The notes beneath the pieces were generated by a model. That model did not search any database and had not been told where the DNA came from. It saw nothing but the letters and a program-made list of their open reading frames with translations. DNA of 64,000 nt, taken from Convolutriloba macropyga. Taxonomy: Eukaryota. Position 1 is the stretch's first letter. Each line of letters starts with the position of its first letter. A program made the translations under genes and the position numbers. Where the stretch lies: NCBI RefSeq assembly GCF_964194025.1, contig NC_134482.1, positions 31,124,001-31,188,000 of the forward strand, in the 5' to 3' direction. Of this stretch, positions 1 to 10,796 are shown in pieces.

Positions 1-81
1 TTATGTTTGATCTTAAATGCTCTCAATCTGAAATATTTTTATTGATCCGATAAAAGCGATTGCGAGATACGGTGGCATGTA

Positions 82-155
82 GTCGTTAGAGCGCAGTTGG
101 TAAGATGGAGGACTGCTATTCTGAGGGTCGAGGGTCCGAATCCGTGTCGGGTACC
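82..155 (+). pseudogene. tRNA-derived A-box/B-box cassette in the satellite unit (repeated near 885, 1571, 2378, 3186)
   Basis: TAGAGCGCAGTTGG (A-box-like), loop CT-GCT-AT, GGGTCCGAATCC (B-box-like) at tRNA spacing, followed by TTTT. Stems pair poorly, so not a functional tRNA. Confidence 0.6.
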
Positions 156-546
156 CTCCGTTTTGTAGACATGAAAATTTCTAATCAACACCATGCCGCC
201 TGTTGTTCGAGAGCACTTCTTGCGACGCTGATTCGTTTTATGTTCCTGTGTGTTTGGGAGATGAAAATTGCTAAACCTATCCGTTTGTAGACATAAAAAT
301 TTCTAATCAACACCATGCCGCCTGTTTTTCGAGGAATTTTCATGCGGCGCTGAGTCGTCTTATGTTCCTGTGTGTGTTTGGGGGATGAAAAATTCTAATC
401 TTTTTATATATTAAACGCGTGAGCTCTAAAATTGGACAAAATTTTAGTGTGTTTCGGGCCTCTCGAAGCGCATGTTTAAGAGCCGCATTGAGGGCATTGG
501 TTAAGCGAACATATCGAGAGAGGTCAATGACCTAAAAGGCTCAAAC

Positions 547-617
547 TACATGGTTGAGAACCGAACCTGGGTCAAAAGACTGTTAGTCAGGTGCGGTTAC
601 CACGAGGCTAAGAGGAC
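547..617 (-). pseudogene. Second tRNA-derived cassette in the satellite unit, opposite strand (repeated near 1228-1298, 2035-2106, 2843-2913)
   Basis: Reverse complement GTCCTCTTAGCCTCGTGGTAACCGCACCTGACTAACAGTCTTTTGACCCAGGTTCGGTTCTC: A-box-like, CT-AAC-AG loop, GGTTCG T-loop start. Confidence 0.5.
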
Positions 618-3600
618 TTGAAATTTTGCTCTTCCAGAGGGAGGATTTACTGTCCTGGGTACTACGTGTTTTTTAATTGCTCAGGAATTAAGTTTGAGGT
701 TCTTCTTGTAAACGTATGCTTTTCTGCAAAGTTTTAGCTTAACAGGTTCTGCGATATTCGAACACTCTTAGCTTTCATTTAAGTTTTTCACGCTTAACTT
801 TTTGATTTTTGTTCATCTCAAATGCTCAATCTGAAATATATTTGTTTATACGATAAAAGCGACTGTGAGAAACGGTGGTATGTAGTCGTTATAGGGCAGT
901 TGGTAAGATGGAGGACTGCTATTCTGAGGGTCGAGGGTCCGAATCCGTGTCGGGTACCCTTCCTTTTGTAGACATGAAAATTTCTAATCAACCCCATGTC
1001 GCCTGTTTTTCGAGGAAATTTCTTGCGGCGCTGAGTCGTCTTATGTTCCTGTGTGTGTTTGGGGGATGAAAAATTCTAATCTTTTTATATATTAAACGCG
1101 TGAGCTCTAAAATTGGACAAAATTTTAGTGTGTTTCGGGCCTCTTGAAGCGCATGTTTAAGAGCTGCATTAAGCAGCATGGCTAAGCGAACATGTCGAGA
1201 GAGGTCAATGACCCAAAAGTCTCAAAGTACATGGGTGAGAACCGAACCTGTGTCAAAAGACGGTTAGTCAGGTGCAGTTACCACGAGGCTAAGAGGGCTT
1301 GAAATAATGCTCTCCAAGAGGGAGGTTTTACTGTCCTGGGTACTCCGTGTTTTTTAATTGCTCACGAATTAAGTTTCAAGTTCTTATTGTAAACGTGTGT
1401 TTTTCTGCAAAGTTTTAGCTTTACAGGTTCTGCGATATTCTAGAACACTCATAGCATTCGACTAAGTTTTTCACGCTTTACTTTTTTATTTATGTTTGAT
1501 CTTAAATGCTCTCAATCTGAAATATTTTTATTGATCCGATAAAAGCGATTGCGAGATACGGTGGCATGTAGTCGTTAGAGCGCAGTTGGTAAGATGGAGG
1601 ACTGCTATTCTGAGGGTCGAGGGTCCGAATCCGTGTCGGGTACCCTCCGTTTTGTAGACATGAAAATTTTAATCAACACCATGCCGCCTGTTGTTCGAGA
1701 GCACTTCTTGCGACGCTGATTCGTTTTATGTTCCTGTGTGTTTGGGAGATGAAAATTGCTAAACCTATCCGTTTGTAGACATAAAAATTTCTAATCAACA
1801 CCATGCCGCCTGTTTTTCGAGGAATTTTCTTGCGGCGCTGAGTCGTCTTATGTTCCTGTGTGTGTTTGGGGGATGAAAAATTCTAATCTTTTTATATATT
1901 AAACGCGTGAGCTCTAAAATTGGACAAAATTTTAGTGTGTTTCGGGCCTCTTGAAGCGCATGTTTAAGAGCTGCATTAAGCAGCATGGCTAAGCGAACAT
2001 GTCGAGAGAGGTCAATGACCCAAAAGTCTCAAAGTACATGGGTGAGAACCGAACCTGTGTCAAAAGACGGTTAGTCAGGTGCAGTTACCACGAGGCTAAG
2101 AGGGCTTGAAATAATGCTCTCCAAGAGGGAGGTTTTACTGTCCTGGGTACTCCGTGTTTTTTAATTGCTCACGAATTAAGTTTCAAGTTCTTATTGTAAA
2201 CGTGTGTTTTTCTGCAAAGTTTTAGCTTTACAGGTTCTGCGATATTCTAGAACACTCATAGCATTCGACTAAGTTTTTCACGCTTTACTTTTTGATTTAT
2301 GTTTGATCTTAAATGCTCTCAATCTGAAATATTTTTATTGATCCGATAAAAGCGATTGCGAGATACGGTGGCATGTAGTCGTTAGAGCGCAGTTGGTAAG
2401 ATGGAGGACTGCTATTCTGAGGGTCGAGGGTCCGAATCCGTGTCGGGTACCCTCCGTTTTGTAGACATGAAAATTTCTAATCAACACCATGCCGCCTGTT
2501 GTTCGAGAGCACTTCTTGCGACGCTGATTCGTTTTATGTTCCTGTGTGTTTGGGAGATGAAAATTGCTAAACCTATCCGTTTGTAGACATAAAAATTTCT
2601 AATCAACACCATGCCGCCTGTTTTTCGAGGAATTTTCTTGCGACGCTGAGTCGTCTTATGTTCCTGTGTGTGTTTGTGGGATGAAAAATGGTAATCTTTT
2701 TATATATTAAACGCGTGAGCTCTAAAATGGGACAAAATTTTTGCGTGTTTCGGGCCTCATGAAGCGCATGTTTAAGAGCTGCATTAAGCTGCATGGCTAA
2801 GCGAACATGTCGAGAGAGGTCAATGACCCAAAAGTCTCAAAGTACATGGGTGAAAACCGAACCTGTGTCAAAAGACGGTTAGTCAGGTGCAGTTACCACG
2901 AGGCTAAGAGGGCTTGAAATAATGCTCTCCAAGAGGGAGGTTTTACTGTCCTGGGTACTACGTGTTTTTTAATTGCTCACGAATTAAGTTTCAAGTTCTT
3001 ATTGTAAACGTGTGTTTTTCTGCAAAGTTTTAGCTTTACAGGTTCTGCGATATTCTAGAAAACTCATAGCATTCGACTAAGTTTTTCACGCTTTACTTTT
3101 TGATTTATGTGTGATCTTAAATGCTCTCAATCTGAAATATTTTTATTGATACGATAAAAGCGATTGCGAGATACGGTGGCATGTAGTCGTTAGAGCGCAG
3201 TTGGTAAGATGGAGGACTGCTATTCTGAGGGTCGAGGGTCCGAATCCGTGTCGGGTACCCTCCCTTTTGTAGACATGAAAATTTCTAATCACCATGCCGC
3301 CTGTTGTTCGAGAGCACTTCTTGCGACGCTGATTCGTTTTATGTTCCTGTGTGTTTGGGAGATGAAAATTGCTAAACCTATCCGTTTGTAGACATGAAAA
3401 TTTCTAATCAACACCATGCGACGCGAGTTGGTTTATGTTCCCCTGTTTGTGTTTGGGGGATGAAAAATGGCAATTGTTTTCTCTTTATAGCATTTCTTCT
3501 TTCCATTCGCTTGGTCTCTTCTTTTTTTTTTTTATTTCAAGCCTTTGAACGATCGTTTTTCGTAAACCACTTGGATTTTTCAGTTAGTATTGTTGCCCCA

Positions 3601-3624
3601 AAACGAATTTTAGATCAATAATTT

Positions 3625-3773
3625 TTCTTTCTTTCTTCCTTTCTCTCTCTCTCTCTGTCTGTGTGTGTGTTTCTCGCTCTGTGTGTGTGTTTCGTCCTCT
3701 TTCTTCTTTTTACTGCGTTCTGTTTCTCTCTCTCATTCTCTCCCTTTCTCCTTTTTCCGTCTTTTCGTTTCTC

Positions 3774-3811
<38 letters not shown>
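3625..3811. repeat. (CT)n/(GT)n microsatellite and pyrimidine-rich low-complexity tract
   Basis: Directly visible runs; longest (TC)n at 3781-3811. Confidence 0.95.
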
Positions 3812-3817
<6 letters not shown>

Positions 3818-4368
3818 GATTACTATATTTTTCACTTCTCAAATTTATTGATCAAGAAAACCAGTTGAGCAAATAGTCACCCCACGAAACGGGAGGCAAA
3901 AACACCAGACACCAAGAGCTTCAAACAGACTGAATTGGAAAAATCAAACATTTTTCTCTATCCTGCATAGGATAACCACAGGTTGAGTTGTTGATTTATG
4001 GTTGATTTATGGTTGATCTTATAGCTGCTGATTTATGGTAAATCTCTTACCATTGTCCATAAAATCACTATGAAACTAACTTTGAACAGGTTTAGTTGTG
4101 TTGTCTAATCTTTCTTTATTATATTAAACATCAGTCGCATTTGAGCACAATCGTTAACCTTGCTCCTATCGTAACATGTTTTAGGGGTCCTTAATCATGC
4201 AACCTAGCGCACAATCAATGCGTTTTGAGACGCGCTTTGTCATCCTATTTAAGCTCCTATCATGTAAATTTTTTGCGCTCATTAAGTATGTGGTATAGCG
4301 AATACAAGCGGGTCTCAAACGCCCTTGTCCAGAAATTTGCTGTAAAAAGAGCAAAGGACAAGTGCAAT

Positions 4369-4437
4369 ACGCGTAGCGTAATTGGTGAGACCTATGGCTG
4401 TTGATCGAGGGATATGGGTTCGAGCCCGAGTCGGTGC
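4369..4437 (+). pseudogene. tRNA-derived sequence (Asn-GTT-like loop), SINE head or tRNA pseudogene
   Basis: TAGCGTAATTGG A box, GGCT-GTT-GATC loop region, GGGTTCGAGCCC B box/T arm, T-run just downstream. Acceptor stem broken. Confidence 0.6.
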
Positions 4438-5158
4438 GAAACAGAAACCTTAATTTTTTTTAAACCTTTTATTCGTGTAAATGACTTTCTTGTTATGGTT
4501 TTGAGGGCCTGCTAGTGATATTGAAAGCTACGGTTTTTGCTGAAGACTTTGCAAAATCGTTGAAATGTTCAGATCTTTTCAAAGGCTTCGACCAATACGG
4601 GAAAACATTAAATAATAAACAGTAAAGTGTACTCGAATTTTTTGGAAGCTTCTACATCGACAACAAATGCACATGGAGGATAATATTGTAACGCCATTTT
4701 GTTCATGGTAACGCCATGATATCTAATCTTAAGTGATTCTTGAATTTTTTTGTCGCCAACTTTGAGAAGAGTTTTTGAGTGGTGTTTTTTTTCTACTGTT
4801 CTGTTTTTGTTCTAAACTGTGGTCTTTATAAAACTCAATTACATTTTGAGATACTTTGTTCAAGACAGTTTTAACTACTTTTCTTTCTTGTCTGTTGTGG
4901 AAAGAATAGTATCATCAGTGTATTATAAAATTACACAGTAGTTTGATGCGAAATCATTCCACATAAATATTGAACAGCAGATGATATAATGTACTCTGTG
5001 GAAGTTCTCTATTAAATATTGTCCAGTCTAAATTAAACGATTCTTTGCGCTGTGTTAAATAATTTTTTGTAACATTAGTGAATGCTGGTCAAAACTAGCT
5101 AGTAATGAGGGAATGCTGTTAGCTTTTATGATAGTAAATAACTGTTTTTTTTACACAG

Positions 5159-5354
5159 GAAAGAATTTGAGACCAAATTGAGTGACCTACCAAGGTGGTC
5201 AGAACGCAAGAGAGTTATGAATAGATGCAGATTAACTGGAAGACGAGCTGGACCAGAGAAAACGTGTCCAAAACCGTGGTACTTCAGCAGGATCATGTGG
5301 AGAGAAATGGCAGATCAGGGAAAAATGTCGGGTTATACAAGGGCGACTTGGTGA
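5159..5354 (+). CDS. MRPS14: Mitochondrial ribosomal protein S14 (uS14m), last coding exon; earlier exons not found in the window
   Basis: After TTTTTTACACAG reads KEFETKLSDLPRWSERKRVMNRCRLTGRRAGPEKTCPKPWYFSRIMWREMADQGKMSGYTRATW*, matching the uS14 C-terminus (LPR..R..NRC..TGR...SRI..R..A..G..SG...ATW). Confidence 0.9.
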
Positions 5355-5455
5355 AAGTTTGAAAAAGTTGTTCTTTGTAGCGCCAACTGTTTTGAAATTT
5401 GTTAACAACTTTTTAAAAATTAATTACAAGCTTATCAAAAGAATTTAATTTACAC

Positions 5456-6772
5456 TTAATCACGTTTTTTGATGTCATCAACAATGACGTCATAGACTAA
5501 TTCTGTAGCTCTAATTCCGAAAATGAAGTCAAGATGCGCGAAATCACTGCTGTTTGAGAAATAGAATACGTTGGGTAGGTTTTCGATTAAATAATTTATG
5601 TCTTCATCTGAGACGAGCCAATCGTTTTGTCCAGCGAATATGGCGACTGGTGTTTGAATGTTGGTTAAATTGACGATCGGAGGTGCTTTGGTTCCGTACG
5701 CTTGCTCGTTTTCTTGTTCGTTGCCATAATCATAATAAGTTGGAAGCTTAGACAAATGAAGTTGAGCGTAGTGTCTGATGTTTTTGATGCTTGTTCCTGA
5801 TAGAGCGTGCGTGAAAAATATTGGGATTCGTGTTGCGTCCATGTTTAATTCACTCGAGTTACCGCTGAACTGTCGATAAGTGTTCAAACAAAGGCCAAAG
5901 ACGTCTTTGGAGCAATAAGTTGCGGATGCGGTGTTTATTAATTGTCGAACGAACCTCGGCAGGAATAAACCATTCTTCGGCCACGTGACATACTTGTGAA
6001 TAAATTCTAGCAACCCTGTTACAGGGCTCTGCATATTTTTCAGCGTTACGGTTGGGCTTAGCATATACGCTCTGTCAATTTTTGCTTGAAAATCTGAGCT
6101 CTCGGCCATTTGAGCTAGACCAACAATTGAGCCTTGCGATTGCCCGATGTAAGTTATCCGATCGTGTTGCGTTTTGGCTAAAATGAAGTCGACAGTCGCT
6201 GGTAAATCGTATTTTGCCATTTCTTGCCATGAAAAATCCCAATATTTCGAATTGTAGGTTGAATAATTGACGTGTTTGTGAGAGTAACTAGTTCCTCGTA
6301 GATTTATAAGCCAAACATCGATATCATTATCGGCTAAAAGGAATCCGAGTGAGTTTTCAGCCGTGTTGCATAAGAAAACAGACGAATCACATTCGAGACA
6401 ATGTACAACTAGGACCACTTTTCGGTTTAGTGAGCGTTCGTCTATTTGATGTTCTCCTGCTTTATTTTTTCCAATGCGATGGAGTTTCAATATGTAACCA
6501 TCCTCGGTTGTAACCTCATATTCCTCACATGTAAAGTTGTACATTCGAGCCAGCTCGCAACTTGTGGCGAATATTTCTTTGTCAACCAAGCGCGGAGTGT
6601 AGATAACAAAAATTTGCAACAGACAAATAACAATAGGAATAAATGCTATTAAGTAAAAGTAGGAATGTGTGTTGTTGCCCCGCTGTGATTGGTCCTTACC
6701 GCCCGAAGAATTTTTTCGAAGCTTTTTTTGTGTTCTGATATGCTGTGAAGTTTTTCGGTTCTTTCTCGACAT
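5456..6772 (-). CDS. Acid lipase family (lysosomal acid/gastric lipase-like) alpha/beta hydrolase, intronless, 438 aa
   Basis: EEYEVTTEDGYILKLHRI, DVWLINLRG, YWDFSWQEMAKYDLPA, nucleophile GQSQG, Asp in GQNDWL, His in FAHLDF; basic N-terminus followed by a hydrophobic segment. Confidence 0.95.
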   Translation of the reverse strand: MSRKNRKTSQHIRTQKKLRKNSSGGKDQSQRGNNTHSYFYLIAFIPIVICLLQIFVIYTPRLVDKEIFATSCELARMYNFTCEEYEVTTEDGYILKLHRIGKNKAGEHQIDERSLNRKVVLVVHCLECDSSVFLCNTAENSLGFLLADNDIDVWLINLRGTSYSHKHVNYSTYNSKYWDFSWQEMAKYDLPATVDFILAKTQHDRITYIGQSQGSIVGLAQMAESSDFQAKIDRAYMLSPTVTLKNMQSPVTGLLEFIHKYVTWPKNGLFLPRFVRQLINTASATYCSKDVFGLCLNTYRQFSGNSSELNMDATRIPIFFTHALSGTSIKNIRHYAQLHLSKLPTYYDYGNEQENEQAYGTKAPPIVNLTNIQTPVAIFAGQNDWLVSDEDINYLIENLPNVFYFSNSSDFAHLDFIFGIRATELVYDVIVDDIKKRD

Positions 6773-8026
6773 TTTGTCTGTTAGCTGCTGTTTGGTCTAA
6801 CGGATATGCACTATTTTGTTCATTCAAGTGATTTTTGTTTCTAATGGCGTGGCTTTTTGTTGACCAGTTCTGCTCATCTGAATACTAAATTTGTCTGTGT
6901 AATGCTCGTCTATTTGCAGATGTATGTATTACAAATTAAGACGCGGACTTTGATTGAACTTGAGTCATTTGCAAATTATCTAACGATATGGTTTTCATAT
7001 TTGGTTAAAACAAATAGCCGATGGTAGCTAAATGGGTTATTCTGGTGGATAGTTTCAATTAGACCAAAGTTCAGAACTTCAAGTCAATGAGTTTTAGTGC
7101 AGCAATTGCTCTTAGAAACGGCTGCTCTACCCTACTATAATTTTACAAATTTGCCGACTTTTGAGTGGTTTGGTAATGATTTTTTTTTGGAGCAAAACGC
7201 ACCTTACCAATTTTTTAACGTGAGAAAGTAATTTTGCAGCATAAATATTTTTGAATTAACTTAGAAATAGATGTACTGCCGGGGTATTTCCCTAGTTCTG
7301 TGATAGAAACATAATTGGTGAATCAAAGTTTTGACTCACGATACGGAAAGAATCCTAAAAATTCTTATTGATTAGAGGTGTTTTTTTTTGAAAAATTCTC
7401 AAGTTTCCGACAGGCTTTGCAAATACCAAGTGAAGGTTCTTAGTTAATACCAAATTTTTAATTTAATTTTTTTCACATCTATCGTGGGATCGGTATAAGT
7501 ATATATATTTCCGATATTCGCTCATAAATTATTAAAATGATTTTTGATTTGTTACGTTTACGTAGTTAGATTTGAAGAAGTCAGGAAATGTTTCATTTTT
7601 GCTTTTATTTCATTGTTTTGCTTTTAAAAATATTTTGAATTGGTATTTTTTTCAGTTTGCAAAGTTTCAATTGTAATTATTATTGCAAGCTTTCAAGGTA
7701 TTGTTGAGTCTGAAGACTTATTCAATAATTAGTTCACTAAAAGCATTAATGGTTTTGGTGATATTTTCGAAGCAAATTTCCATTTTCAGTGCAGTCCATC
7801 CACATTGGCAAATTAGACAGTGTGGCTATCTAAGGGCGACTGCATGCTCGCACAGTGTTATTAGATAGTTTCATGTGATTGCAATTTCAGACTACTGTTT
7901 CTCCCTTTACTGATTTTTATCCCTTAAAGAGCAAAAGAATCTTAGTGCTATTTTTGCCTCTAGTCGATTTTGAGAATGATTGTTTTTCTTATTGAAAACA
8001 GTGAACTATAAGGCCAGGAACTGTTA

Positions 8027-8286
8027 TTAATAGATGGAAAGAGTTAACAGAGGCTATTATCGGACCTCTGGGTTTTTTAAAATTTTGTCAACAGGATTTG
8101 TGTTACAGCTATATGACGTCACAGTCATTTCAAATCTGCTTTTTGTTCATTTGTTCGTGCAATTTCAACTGAAGTGCTTGAGTGACGACATTTTTCACTC
8201 TTATTGGAGAATGTTTTTTGTGTGCATTTGCTAGATTAAGTTTTTGGTCACGTGTGACTCTGCTCACTCTCAAAAATGACTCTCTC

Positions 8287-8322
<36 letters not shown>

Positions 8323-8970
8323 ATTGACTTTTCTTTTCCTTATTTCAAAGAGATGAGGCAAGTGAGTGCGTGTCACTCTAATTGAAGGTTATTTGAAAGG
8401 AGCTATTGGAAGCAGCAATACATAAAATAGTTTCTTACTCAAAGTATAACTTCTCAGCATTTAATAAAAAAGTTTTTGGTCTTTTTCTTGCACTGTTTAA
8501 TTGCTCTCGAACGAAGTTCGTAGCAATTATTGTAAACGTGTTGGTCTTTTTAATGGAGTTTTGTTGGTTGACCATTTTGCGCTTTTCTATAATATTCTTT
8601 GAGTTCTTCTCAAGTGACCTTTTCACTCTTTCGTTCTTCTTTGAGTGATCTCTATTGCTCTCACTCTGAAATAAAGGCTGTTGCTAAAATAAAATCGATT
8701 GCAGCAGAGCAACAAGAAGGGCCTGATGGCCGAGTGGGCAGTGCTTCTATGAGGTAACGAGAGGTCAATGGTTCGAATCCCGGTGGGTTTTTGCACCCAT
8801 ACAGAAAAAGTTATCTAGGCTGCAGCACCTGAATTAAATTGCCTGACCTGTCGTTCGAGAGCAATTCGTCCGACATTAGTCGGTTTAAGTTCTGTTTTGT
8901 GACTATTTTTTTGAAATGGCTGATCTACAAAGCTATTGCGGCTATTTTGTTGCAATCTGTCAGCTATGTT
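8027..8970 (+). mobile_element. Helentron-type non-autonomous element, family B (interrupted by a family A copy)
   Basis: 5' TTAATAG-N18-GGCTATTAT has the same spacing as 24271. Body homologous to 26505-26939. 3' TTGCGGCTATT + degenerate hairpin + CTATGTT. Confidence 0.6.
8497..8891 (+). mobile_element. Helentron-type non-autonomous element (HINE/DINE-1-like), family A1, with tRNA-like cassette at 8719-8787
   Basis: 5' AATTGCTCTCGAACGA followed by its own IR (GTTCGTAGCAATT); 3' TCGTTCGAGAGCAATT (8851-8866); hairpin CCGAC-ATTA-GTCGG; TT ends; A box TGGCCGAGTGG and B box GGTTCGAATCC. Confidence 0.8.
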
Positions 8971-8991
8971 TTTTTAAATTTAATTTCGTTA

Positions 8992-9375
8992 TTAATTTCT
9001 CTCGAACGAAACTTGAAGCAATTGTCAACGTGTTGGTTTTTTAATGCAAAATTCTTGATTCAACGTTCTTGTGCTTTTGTTCTAGAACATTTTTTCAATT
9101 TGTGAAAAAATGTTCGAGAATGTTCTGACTTTTGCACATTTTAGTGCTTCATGTTTGAGTGATTTTTGTTGCTCTCGTTCTGAAATCAAGCTCGTTCTTG
9201 AAGCGATTGTGAGCGAAAGGAAATGAGGGACATTAAAGCTGAGTGGGTATGATGTCAGACTGCTGAGGTCCGGTTTGAACCCCTTTGGGTTCTTTTTTGG
9301 CATCCGTAAAACATTTCAAAGCTACACCCCCTCCTGATTAAATTAAATTGCCCCCCGTCTGTCGCTCAGACAGTT
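8992..9375 (+). mobile_element. HINE family A1, degenerate copy with eroded tRNA-like cassette (~9229-9283)
   Basis: TTAATTTCTCTCGAACGAAACTTGAAGCAATT start; collinear with the 8497 copy; 3' end eroded. Confidence 0.6.
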
Positions 9376-10137
9376 TTTTGAATCAAAGTTTGTTGGGTCG
9401 TTTTTTGGTACCGTATCTCGAGTCCGTCCGCCCAATCAATGATTGCTCATATTCAACCACGCGTGAAAGATCAAAACATAGTTTTTCACCTTTCAGCAAC
9501 TGTGCACTGGCGCAATATGCGGTTTCTTAACCTCTTCGCTTTTATTTCTTGGGCCGTTTGCGTGGTTTTTTTATGATTTTGCCTTAGCTTCATCAAAAAA
9601 ATAACACCCACTTTCATCTCAAGTTTCATTTAGATGCAAACCCTAATTGAAGGTCAGTGGCGTGCATTTAGCCTTGGCGCAAATTTTTTTCAGGCTTGCT
9701 GAAATTGAATTATGTTGAAATCTTTATGCAATTTAATGGAGAGAATTGCTTTCAGGTCTCCATATTGAGCGGTAAGTTTATTTTTCTCGTTTCTCTTTTT
9801 TTGAGGAAAAACGTTGCCTAATTGTGATTCTTCAATTGGGTGATGTAATTTGACTTCACGTGCTTTTCCTTTTGAGAGCATCTTTTTTAAACGAAAGATA
9901 TAATGGATTATGAAAATTTGGCTGTTTTCATGATGAAAAATTGTAGTTTGTTGCTGGCGTTTTGCTTTTTTCACAAAAAAAGAAAAGTCAACAAATTGCC
10001 TGATGACATTAAGTGCTGCGGAGATGGTTTTCAGTTTAGCTGAGTCGTTACTTCCGAAAAAAACCAATAATTCAAAGCTATTTGCGTGACGTTTTCGCCC
10101 ATTTCAGATTGCTATAGTAGTTGTAGTTGCATCAGCA

Positions 10138-10293
10138 ATGAGTGACGAAGGAATAACTCTATCGTCTAGTACCAAAGGAGGTCACTCTGCTAATGTCCAG
10201 CATACCAACACTGGCCCAACAACGAGCCAGTCCACTGAGGTTGTGGAGGATGCCTCGGAACTCCTCTTTCCAGACGAATTCAAAGACGCACAG
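10138..10293 (+). CDS. POLR2D: RNA polymerase II subunit RPB4, exon 1
   Basis: MSDEG...VVEDASELLFPDEFKDAQ then GTAAAG donor, phase 0. Confidence 0.9.
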
Positions 10294-10661
10294 GTAAAGA
10301 TAATTTAGTGAATCTTGCTGGTTTTTGTTCAAAACATTGGTGAAAATTTACGTTAAATGTTTGACGTGGCTGCATCTGATTGCTTGTTCACATTGAAACA
10401 AAAACAGTTTAATAATGAACATTCTTAGTTAACTTGAGAAACGTCGGTACTTGCATGAGACACTTAAAATCTCCTAGTTCTGAGAGTTTATATGATTTTG
10501 CTTTTTAAAAAGTTGCTTATAAACTTACATACTCAGAAAAATTAATGTCTGTCTCATACATGTATTTTTCTTCAACAATCTCAGTTGATTATTTTTTCGT
10601 TTTGGAAATGAAACCTGGAAATAAACGTGCCCAAAAACTGGATCTGTTTGTTGTGTTTTAG

Positions 10662-10796
10662 GCGCTGTTGATAGCCGAGGTGTACAGTTTAATGAAGATG
10701 AACGAAACTGCGAGAGAGAATGACAACGAATTTCAACTCCCCAATGAGGTCTTTGCCAAGACTCTCGCCTACACAGACAAATTTGCAAGATTTAAG
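10662..10796 (+). CDS. POLR2D: RNA polymerase II subunit RPB4, exon 2
   Basis: TTTTAG|ALLIAEVYSLMK...EVFAKTLAYTDKFARFK|GTAACA. Confidence 0.93.

Larger units (their letters stand above)
1..3475. repeat. Tandem satellite array, ~807-bp unit (begins before the window); each unit holds a HINE-like element and two opposed tRNA-like cassettes
   Basis: Anchor ATGGAGGACTGCTATTCTGAGG recurs at 105, 908, 1594, 2401, 3209 (periods 803, 686, 807, 808). The 686-bp period lacks a ~121-bp internal sub-repeat. The repeated 60-64 aa ORFs are by-products. Confidence 0.95.

Noticed and set aside
1-3475. Repeated 60-64 aa ORFs as a peptide gene array, or the array as CRISPR-like
   Set aside because: The ORFs vary by frameshift between units and have no recognisable motif; there are no unique spacers or cas genes, and the context is eukaryotic.
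3615-3868. RERERE / SLSLSL ORFs
   Set aside because: Translations of (CT)n microsatellite.
9690-10067. 125-aa minus-strand ORF divergent from POLR2D
   Set aside because: No recognisable motif, non-ATG start, AT-rich promoter-region composition.
10101-10107. ATTTCAG 30 nt before the POLR2D ATG as a trans-splice acceptor (operon with UBE2G1)
   Set aside because: The motif is common in this DNA and could be a 5' UTR intron or chance; cannot be supported without transcripts.
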